DNA of 10,156 nt, from contig CAXFSR010000038.1 of the NCBI GenBank assembly GCA_964005815.1, forward strand, positions 1 through 10,156. Reading direction: 5' to 3'. Below the pieces are notes generated by a model. It was given only the letters and a program-made list of their open reading frames with translations, was not told the DNA's origin and made no database searches. Positions 1 to 6,868 of the stretch are shown here, one piece after another. The stretch's first letter is position 1; every line of letters begins with the position of its first letter. A program made the position numbers and the translations under genes. Source of the DNA: an uncultured Nitrospinaceae bacterium (GTDB lineage Bacteria; UBA8248).

Positions 1-176
1 CCATTTTTCGCTAGATAAATCCATTTTCGATAAGCAACTCCGTAATCTCCTTTCTTTACGGCAGAAAGAGCCTCTTGATGTATCCTGTTTTTTCTCAAAG
101 ACTGTTTTGCATAAACAAGAGAAATATTGACAGAGAAGATAAGAAAAAGTATGCAAATTTTAAGAAAAGAATTCAT
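1..176 (-). CDS. 5' part of a secreted protein, probably Sel1-like repeat (TPR superfamily); truncated by the window edge
   Basis: Not in the ORF track. My translation from ATG at 176 is open to the edge: MNSFLKICILFLIFSVNISLVYA-KQSLRKNRIHQEALSAVKKGDYGVAYRKWIYLAKN(G). It has a signal-peptide-like N-terminus ending V-Y-A. 'GDYxxAxxxWxxLAxxG' is the typical opening of bacterial Sel1-repeat proteins. Confidence 0.75.
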   Translation of the reverse strand, partial: MNSFLKICILFLIFSVNISLVYAKQSLRKNRIHQEALSAVKKGDYGVAYRKWIYLAKN

Positions 177-326
177 AGACCCAATATCGCCTATGATTCT
201 GAATAAAAACCAAAATAAAAAAACAGACAATCAGAAAATGCGGATTTCCAAGTAGGAATCAAACCTATACAACGGTTTTAAATAGAAGGCATGCGAATAG
301 AATAATCGATTTTTAAACTTAAGTTT

Positions 327-2591
327 CTATTTTTTTGATTCTATTGCCATGAGAACAGTTTCGGGCGTAGCAGGAAGGTCTGTAATTTCCGTTCCAATCG
401 CATCACAAATAGCGTTAACTAGTGCAGGTGCTGTGGGATTAACAGACGGCTCGGCAACCCCTTTCACACCATAAGGACCTCTTGGTTCGATAGTCTGAAC
501 AATAATCGATGTAAACTTTTCAGGCATATCTAAGGGTGCAGGAAGATGGTAATCACCAAAATGTGGATTCTGAACATTGCCTTTTTTCATTTGAATGTCT
601 TCCATCAGACCTAGTCCATACCCCATACTTGAACCACCTTCAATTTGTCCCTCTACATTCATAGGATTAATCGCTGTACCAACATCATGTGCAGCTACAA
701 AGTGAATAACACGGTACTCTCCAGTTTCCATATCTACTTCCACTTCAGCACATTGAGTAGCAAAAACATAGCATTCGAAACCTTTTCCTTGATGAGTCTC
801 TTTATCCACACCTATATCTTTAGAAACATGTGTCCCTTCACTAACAACCAATTCTGAAGATTTATGACAGGCCATGGCAACTTCTTTTAAAGAAAGCTTT
901 CTATCTGGTGTTCCTTCAACAAAAACTTCCCCCTTACGAATCCTAAGATCTTCAGGAGATGCTTCAATCATCCCTGCAGCTTTTTCTAAAAGCTGTTCTT
1001 TAACCTTACCAACAGCTATTTTAACAGCCTTGCCACCCAAATGGGCTATCCTACTTCCCGTGGAACCTGGATCATAAGGTGAAACACTCGTGTCTCCATT
1101 AATAAGACTAACGTGATCTAAAGGAATACCAAGTTCTTCTGCTGCTACTTGCCTTAGAATGATATCTGCTCCCTGACCAACATCAACAATCCCTGTTATT
1201 ACGGTTAAGGTCGCATCCTCGTTAACACGTGCAAAAGCAGCACTTGGTGTAGCTTTTCCAAACCCTGCTACCGGATAGATCATCGCGGCCATCCCTCTAC
1301 CTCTTCTTTTTGTGCCACAATTCGATTTTTGTCCTTTCCCAATAGAATGCCATTTAATGGCGCCTGTAGCCTTGTCCATGGTTTCTTCTAATCCGCAACT
1401 CGTAACAGGGTCTCCACTATGGGCTGAGTCCCCTGTCTGCATCGCATTTCGTCTTCTTAGTTCAAGGGGATCTATTTTTAATTTTTTTGCTATTAAATCC
1501 ATATGACGTTCACATGCATAGGTTGTCTGTGTTGCGCCAAAACCTCGAACAGCCCCTGAAAAACCATTATTTGTATAAGTAACAGCAAAGTCTGCCCTTA
1601 CGTTATCTACTTTGTAAGGCCCAGCCCCCATCAAGGCAGCTTTCGCAGCAACACCACCACCTACGGATGCATAAGCCCCTCCATCTAACAGTAACTTTAT
1701 TTGCACTGCGGTAATTTTTCCATCTTTCGTCACACCAGTCTTATAATCCATGGTCATAGGATGGCGAACCGTGGAAGCCGTAAATTCTTCTTCACGGGAC
1801 ATCCTAAATTTTACGGGTCTTCTGGTTTGAAGGGCACAAAGCGCAGCTAGAGATTCCAACATAATCTCATGTTTACCCCCAAAAGCACCTCCAGCCGTAC
1901 TGCTAAGAACACGAATCTGGGAAAAAGAAACACCTAAAATAATCGCTAAGTCTGCACGAATACGAAAAGGAGTTTGAGATGAAACATGAACTGTCAAATG
2001 ACCGTTTGTATCAACTTCTGCCATACAAATATGAGTTTCAATAGAAGCATGTTCCTGCGCCTGGGTTTTATACCGAGCTTCAACAATGAAATCTGCTTCT
2101 TTGAAGCCCAACTCTGCATCCCCCTTAACTACCTTTCCTTCTGTAACTAAGTTCCCTGTTGGGTGGGATTCGTGAATAGGAAAACTATTATTGTCTAAAG
2201 CTTCTTCAGGGCTAAAAACTGGCGGCAAATCTTCGTAATCTATTTCAACTAATCTCGCTGCTTCTTCTGCTACCTCCCAACTTTCTGCACATAAAGCAAC
2301 AACTGGATCTCCCTCGTAGCGAACTTTATCTGAACATAAAATGACCTGGTCTGGTATTGAAGGACCATATGCATTATTTGGAACATCATCTGATGTCAGA
2401 ACACATGCAACACCAGGATGTGCAAGGGCTTTTTTTGTATTAATTTTGAGGATTCGGGCATGAGGCCGTCCAGAACGTACTACGGCACCATATAAAACAT
2501 TTTTTGGTTCAAGATCATCCACAAATTCAGATTCTCCAAGAACCATATCTTTTCCATCTTGTCTTGCATAGCTTTTTCCAAGAACATCCAT
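327..2591 (-). CDS. Xanthine dehydrogenase/aldehyde oxidase family molybdopterin-binding (large) subunit; substrate unknown
   Basis: 754 aa. Family motifs: a/b hammerhead start (VVRSGRPHARI, VRYEGDPV), QEHASIE, GGAFGGK, AVRGFGATQ, DVGQG, DVGTAINP..VEGQIEGG, GVKGVAEP (catalytic Glu). RBS AAGGAG 6 nt before the ATG. No form-I CoxL AYxCSFR motif. Confidence 0.95.
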   Translation of the reverse strand: MDVLGKSYARQDGKDMVLGESEFVDDLEPKNVLYGAVVRSGRPHARILKINTKKALAHPGVACVLTSDDVPNNAYGPSIPDQVILCSDKVRYEGDPVVALCAESWEVAEEAARLVEIDYEDLPPVFSPEEALDNNSFPIHESHPTGNLVTEGKVVKGDAELGFKEADFIVEARYKTQAQEHASIETHICMAEVDTNGHLTVHVSSQTPFRIRADLAIILGVSFSQIRVLSSTAGGAFGGKHEIMLESLAALCALQTRRPVKFRMSREEEFTASTVRHPMTMDYKTGVTKDGKITAVQIKLLLDGGAYASVGGGVAAKAALMGAGPYKVDNVRADFAVTYTNNGFSGAVRGFGATQTTYACERHMDLIAKKLKIDPLELRRRNAMQTGDSAHSGDPVTSCGLEETMDKATGAIKWHSIGKGQKSNCGTKRRGRGMAAMIYPVAGFGKATPSAAFARVNEDATLTVITGIVDVGQGADIILRQVAAEELGIPLDHVSLINGDTSVSPYDPGSTGSRIAHLGGKAVKIAVGKVKEQLLEKAAGMIEASPEDLRIRKGEVFVEGTPDRKLSLKEVAMACHKSSELVVSEGTHVSKDIGVDKETHQGKGFECYVFATQCAEVEVDMETGEYRVIHFVAAHDVGTAINPMNVEGQIEGGSSMGYGLGLMEDIQMKKGNVQNPHFGDYHLPAPLDMPEKFTSIIVQTIEPRGPYGVKGVAEPSVNPTAPALVNAICDAIGTEITDLPATPETVLMAIESKK

Positions 2592-2619
2592 ACAAAACTC
2601 CTTTAAAAATCACCCTTTT

Positions 2620-2976
2620 TGGTGGAGGCGGCGGGAATCGAACCCGCGTCCGCAAGGTTTCAGCCGTGAGCGTCTACGTGTGTATCTGGCGATTAAAGAT
2701 TCGCCGGGGTTAGCGCTCGCCAGAGTGCAGTCACCCTAGCTAGTTCGATTAAATTTCGCTCAAATTCCCTACGAACAGAAGAAAATTCAAACTAGTCCGC
2801 TAACGTCGTCTCTTCCAATCTCACGGACTAAAAAAGGAGAGACGCTCGCAATCTAGGCTGCGAGAGCCAGCTCGTTATCTGCTGGTATAGTTTTGCCACA
2901 TTGATAACGGGGCCAAGTGGCGTCCCCGACACGCAGCTCAGACTTCAAATCCTCCCGTCGAAACCAGATCGCCCCC
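2620..2976 (-). ncRNA. ssrA: tmRNA (transfer-messenger RNA), one-piece, 357 nt
   Basis: 5' GGGGGCG pairs with 3' CGCCTCC-ACCA, including the G3.U alanine determinant. T-arm GCGGG-TTCGATT-CCCGC and encoded CCA. Pseudoknot 1 is visible (CGGGG/CCCCG with GCCAC/GTGGC, 2895-2928). CTGCGTGT pairs with ACACGTAG. Internal tag frame ends LAA-stop. Lies close downstream of smpB. Confidence 0.97.
2853..2882 (-). other. tmRNA proteolysis tag reading frame, (A)ADNELALAA*
   Basis: GCA GAT AAC GAG CTG GCT CTC GCA GCC TAG follows AAAACTATACCA just after pseudoknot 1. The stop sits in the loop of hairpin CTCGCAG/TTGCGAG. The LAA end is the ClpX-type degron. The resume codon is inferred from position and similarity to other tags. 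Confidence 0.88.
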
Positions 2977-3079
2977 ATACATGAACATTCTCCACAAAAA
3001 GACGACCAAAATTTTTGTGGAAATGCGATATAACACAAGGTAAATTTATGTAAAAGACCATCATTACAAAAAAAGAAGA

Positions 3080-3274
3080 TTAAGAAAACATTAATTTTAT
3101 TCCTAACGGAATAAGATAAATCCAAGAACCTATGATAAACATCCAAAAAAACAGACGATATCTCTTAAAAAAAAGAGGCCATATCGAACCTATCATCAGC
3201 CCCAAAGCGAAAGAGGAATATTTCACCAAACCCATTTGCCACCAGCTAAGCGTATAATCAGTAAAAATATTCAT
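3080..3274 (-). CDS. Small hypothetical membrane protein (64 aa, about 2 hydrophobic segments)
   Basis: Start re-assigned from 3346 (overlaps smpB) to ATG at 3274, which follows AGGAG by 9 nt and lies about 20 nt after the smpB stop. Sequence MNIFTDYTLSWWQMGLVKYSSFALGLMIGSIWPLFFKRYRLFFWMFIIGSWIYLIPLGIKLMFS: two apolar stretches separated by KRYR. Confidence 0.75.
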   Translation of the reverse strand: MNIFTDYTLSWWQMGLVKYSSFALGLMIGSIWPLFFKRYRLFFWMFIIGSWIYLIPLGIKLMFS

Positions 3275-3293
3275 TCGTAGAACTCCTGTAAAA

Positions 3294-3758
3294 CTATCTT
3301 CCTTTATTTCGGTCACGAAGAGCGCGTTCAATTTCACGGTTGGCATCGCGTTTTTTTAAATCCTCACGCCTATCATGCAATTTCTTCCCTTTTCCGAGAC
3401 CTATTTCGAGTTTCACCTTTCCGGCCTTAAAATACATTTTTAACGGAACTAACGCATATCCTCTTTCGTTAATCTTTCCTATCAAACGTCGAATTTCGTT
3501 TTTATGTAAGAGGAGCTTTCTAAGTCTTGTGGTTTCGTGGTTATGCACATTCCCGTGTCCATATGGGTTAATATGACAATCTACAAGCCATACTTCACCG
3601 TCCCTCACGTCACCAAAACTTTCTTTAAGGCTCACGTGTCCATCTCGAATGGATTTCACTTCTGTACCAGTCAATACCATCCCTGCTTCGTAGGTATCTT
3701 CCACAGCAAACTCCATTCTGGCTTTTTTATTCACGGATATAATTTTAACTCCGCTCAT
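3294..3758 (-). CDS. smpB: SsrA-binding protein SmpB
   Basis: 154 aa with NKKA, EAGMVLTGTEVKSIR, RKLLLHKNEI, LVPLKMYFK and the GKGKKLHDRRE tail. RBS GAGAGGA. ssrA lies just downstream. Confidence 0.98.
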   Translation of the reverse strand: MSGVKIISVNKKARMEFAVEDTYEAGMVLTGTEVKSIRDGHVSLKESFGDVRDGEVWLVDCHINPYGHGNVHNHETTRLRKLLLHKNEIRRLIGKINERGYALVPLKMYFKAGKVKLEIGLGKGKKLHDRREDLKKRDANREIERALRDRNKGR

Positions 3759-3779
3759 GAGTTCCTCTCTTCACAATTT

Positions 3780-3815
3780 AAAAAAAATCGAAGAAAACCC
3801 ACCGGCTCCTTCGAT
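3780..3815 (-). terminator. Intrinsic terminator-like hairpin between rnr and smpB
   Basis: Minus strand ATCGAAGGAGCC-GGTG-GGTTTTCTTCGAT: 7 Watson-Crick pairs at the base plus a G.U-containing, bulged upper stem, running into a T8 tract (3780-3787). Confidence 0.6.
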
Positions 3816-3859
3816 CGGAAACTAAATATAATCGATTCTTTATAATTTGGCTACTATTT

Positions 3860-6094
3860 TTATCTTCTCCTTCTTTTTCCAATTGCTTTTCGTTTTCTAA
3901 CTTTCATGCGTGCTTTCGTTATTTTTCCCTTTTTCTTTGGTTTCTTTGCTTTTTTTACGAAATCAGATAACACAAAAGAAATCCTTCTTAAATCTAAATC
4001 CACATCTTCTACAAGGACTTCAACTGGATCACCTAATCGATAACGTTTATTTGTTCGTTTTCCAATAACTGAATAATCATCAGGAAAAAATTCATAATAA
4101 TCATCCTTAATAGACTCTAATGGAATTAACCCTTCTACAAAAAAATCATCCAATTCTGCAAAAATACCGAAGGATGTCGTTCCGGATATATGTCCCTGAA
4201 ATACCTTTCCAACATATTTTTTCATAAACAGGGTTTTGTAGAAATTGATCATTTCTCTCTCTGCTTCTTCTGTCTTTCGTCCTTGCTCAGATATGTTGTC
4301 GCATAGAGATAAAAAACTCGCTTTCTTTTGTCTTTGTTTTTTCTCAAACAATCTTGTTTTCAAAATTCGGTGCACCACTAGATCTGCATATCTGCGTATA
4401 GGAGAGGTAAAATGGGTATATTTTTCTATTCCAAGACCAAAATGCAGTCCTGGGTTAGGATGGTATCGAGCGTATTTCATACTTCGAAGTGCTACTAGAC
4501 TCATAAATCTTTCTTCTTTTTTTCCTCGGAATAAATTCAATATTTCTTGGAATCCATTGGGTTTAAGAAGCATCTCTGTCGATGGAGCGGGATACCCTAG
4601 CCTTGAAACAAGATTTCGAAAAGAATTCGCCTTATCTTCGGAAGGACATTCATGAATGCGGTATATACTCTCTGATCGAACTGTACCAAGAAACTCTGCA
4701 ACGGCGGTATTTGCGGCGAGCATGCACTCTTCGATAAGCATATGTGCTTGATTCCTATCAGAACGTTTAATGCCTGTCGGATATCCTTTTTTATCTATAG
4801 AAACTTTTGCTTCTGGTAGATCAAAATCTAAACTTCCATTTTGAAATCTTTTTGAACGCATTTTTTGAGTGAGACTCGACAACTGCAGGAGAGACTTTTC
4901 TAATTCTTTTATTTTCAATGACTGTTCAGGATTAGTAACAGGTTCTCCGTTTAAAAATTCTCCGACACTTTCATAATCTAAAGAAGCAAAAGATTTAATG
5001 TATGTTTGTGCGACTCGAAATCCTTTCTGATTTCCAGATGCATTAAAATCTAAAAAAACGCTCATCGTTCTCCGAACTTTATTTTCGTCTAATGAACAAA
5101 TCTGATTTGTAATTTTTTTTGGCAACATCGGAAACACTTTATGCGGGAAATACACACTATTAGCCCTTTGCATCGCTTCCATATCAACAAGAGAACCTTC
5201 TTTGACGAAATAACTCACATCTGCGATATGTACACCTAAACGCCATCCTCCTTTCGGCAATGATTCGATAGATACGGCATCGTCTCTATCTCTAGCGTCG
5301 ATAGGATCAATTGCAAAAGTTTCAAGCCCCCTACAATCTTCCACTTCTTCAGGAATTTTCTTTTTCTCGTCTATAGGAGAACATGCTTCAGATTCTTGCA
5401 GTGCAGACTTAGAAAATTCTTGAAACAAACCAAATTTTTCGCATATAATTTTTTCCTCTGTTTTTGGATCTCCAGGAGACCCAAAAAATTTTGTTATCTC
5501 TCCCTTTCCATCTTCCTTTGAATTTGGATAAGAAGTGATTTCAGTCTCTACCCATTCTCCCACATTATCTTTTTTGATTTTCTTTGTATTAACTGTAATT
5601 TTAAAAGGCAATTTATCTTCTTGTGGTTCAACCCAAGCACGTTTTCCGGAAAATACGAGTCTTCCTATGATATGGGTTCTACCGCGTTCAATTATTTCTA
5701 CAATTCTTCCTGCACGTCTCCCATCTGGATCTTTTTTTTCCTGCCTAGCAAGAACCAAATCTCCATCTATCGCATTCAGGAAAGAACGAGGACCTACGAA
5801 CAAATCTTCCTCAGATTGAATCCCATCTTTATCTGGAATAACAAAACCAAATCCTTGTTTATTTCCTCTGTATATTCCTCGAACGGCAGGCATATTTTTG
5901 GGAATGGAGTACTTTCTCCGCGACCTGACAAGCTTTCCTTCCTCTACCAAAGAGCGAAGCTTTTTTCGAAAAATACCTCTATCATCGGAAGAAATTCCAA
6001 GAGCAGAAACAACTTCTCGAAACAAAACTGGAGAATGTTTTTCGGAAAAAAAAGAAAGGATTTCCTGTTCTTTGAAAGGAATCGAAAATTTCAT
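3860..6094 (-). CDS. rnr: Ribonuclease R
   Basis: 744 aa: N-terminal HTH-like region, cold-shock domain (GFGFV), RNB catalytic motif IDPIDARDRDDA, HIADVS, IEECMLAAN, HFTSPIRRYADLVVHR, S1 domain and K/R-rich tail. GAGG RBS. Next to smpB. Confidence 0.96.
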   Translation of the reverse strand: MKFSIPFKEQEILSFFSEKHSPVLFREVVSALGISSDDRGIFRKKLRSLVEEGKLVRSRRKYSIPKNMPAVRGIYRGNKQGFGFVIPDKDGIQSEEDLFVGPRSFLNAIDGDLVLARQEKKDPDGRRAGRIVEIIERGRTHIIGRLVFSGKRAWVEPQEDKLPFKITVNTKKIKKDNVGEWVETEITSYPNSKEDGKGEITKFFGSPGDPKTEEKIICEKFGLFQEFSKSALQESEACSPIDEKKKIPEEVEDCRGLETFAIDPIDARDRDDAVSIESLPKGGWRLGVHIADVSYFVKEGSLVDMEAMQRANSVYFPHKVFPMLPKKITNQICSLDENKVRRTMSVFLDFNASGNQKGFRVAQTYIKSFASLDYESVGEFLNGEPVTNPEQSLKIKELEKSLLQLSSLTQKMRSKRFQNGSLDFDLPEAKVSIDKKGYPTGIKRSDRNQAHMLIEECMLAANTAVAEFLGTVRSESIYRIHECPSEDKANSFRNLVSRLGYPAPSTEMLLKPNGFQEILNLFRGKKEERFMSLVALRSMKYARYHPNPGLHFGLGIEKYTHFTSPIRRYADLVVHRILKTRLFEKKQRQKKASFLSLCDNISEQGRKTEEAEREMINFYKTLFMKKYVGKVFQGHISGTTSFGIFAELDDFFVEGLIPLESIKDDYYEFFPDDYSVIGKRTNKRYRLGDPVEVLVEDVDLDLRRISFVLSDFVKKAKKPKKKGKITKARMKVRKRKAIGKRRRR

Positions 6095-6133
6095 TAGGGC
6101 CTCAAAATTTCAAAACAAAATTCTACAAAAGAT

Positions 6134-6799
6134 TTATTCAATATTTTCTTGTCCTATTTGAAAAATTTCTACTATCTTTTGTTTTTTTAATTTCACACAG
6201 GTGAGTTTTCCTCCGAAAACAAGACCTGTATCAATACCTAATAAAATAGGGAGTTCATCAAGAATTTCATACATAGGAGAATGACCAAAAACAACTGGTT
6301 TGCCAAAATCGTACCTTGCACCAATAAAATCTTCTCGAATCCAAACCATATCACTTTTTTCTTGTTCAGAAATCGGAATACCGGGTCGAAAACCTGCATG
6401 CACAAATAAAAAATCTTCAGTCTCGTAAAAAAACAGCAACTCTTTATAAAATTTCTGATGTTCTAGAGACAAAGAGAAAGGTGTGCCAGGAACATGACCA
6501 TAACTTCTCAAAGTTTCTATTCCGACCTTTTCCTCAAAAAAATTTTTTTGGTACCGATACGTGTCTTCAAAAAAATCAATAAACATGTCTTCGTGATTTC
6601 CTCTAAGAAAAATCATTTCAGGAAATTCTTTTTTTTTGTCTATTAAAAAATCTACAACTCCTGAAGAATCAGGTCCTCGATCAATATAATCTCCAACAAA
6701 AATAATCCTATCTGTTTGTTGAAAAGAGACAGAAACAAACAATTCTTCTAAAATTGATACATGTCCATGTATATCACCTATGGCATATAAATTACTCAT
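6134..6799 (-). CDS. Calcineurin-like metallophosphoesterase, PPP family (bacterial Ser/Thr phosphatase PphA/lambda-phosphatase/ApaH-like)
   Basis: Motifs GDIHG, GDYIDRG, RGNHE, FVHAG, FGHS, IDTG. Start more likely ATG at 6799 (MSNLYAIGD, preceded by GGAAAG) than TTG at 6820. Confidence 0.92.
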   Translation of the reverse strand: MSNLYAIGDIHGHVSILEELFVSVSFQQTDRIIFVGDYIDRGPDSSGVVDFLIDKKKEFPEMIFLRGNHEDMFIDFFEDTYRYQKNFFEEKVGIETLRSYGHVPGTPFSLSLEHQKFYKELLFFYETEDFLFVHAGFRPGIPISEQEKSDMVWIREDFIGARYDFGKPVVFGHSPMYEILDELPILLGIDTGLVFGGKLTCVKLKKQKIVEIFQIGQENIE

Positions 6800-6868
6800 A
6801 CAACTTTCCATAAAAGACAAATAAAGAGGCGTATACTAAAAATCGGTAGGTATACATGCAGGAAAATA

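Noticed and set aside
315..326. Perfect palindrome AAACTTAAGTTT right after the Mo-subunit stop
   Set aside because: AT-rich, loopless and single; too weak for a terminator or operator call.
327..2591. Calling the Mo subunit CO dehydrogenase CoxL or true xanthine dehydrogenase
   Set aside because: No AYxCSFR motif and no cox or purine-catabolism context; only the family can be assigned.
327..2591. Apparently higher GC than polA as evidence of horizontal transfer
   Set aside because: Only spot-checked by eye, and explainable by the Gly/Ala-rich protein; needs a GC3 calculation.
2504..2713. 69-aa plus-strand ORF containing GGGGGNRTRVRK
   Set aside because: That peptide is the antisense translation of the tmRNA 3' end.
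2853..3146. 97-aa ORF ending ...ADNELALAA
   Set aside because: It is the tmRNA tag frame extended upstream by chance through the tRNA-like domain and leader; not a protein gene.
3360..3395. SmpB tail has DRR instead of the usual DKR
   Set aside because: Conservative K-to-R change; no reason to infer altered function.
6831..6855. Two GTATAC hexamers in the polA-phosphoesterase spacer
   Set aside because: Short, gives only a weak hairpin, and matches no operator I can name.
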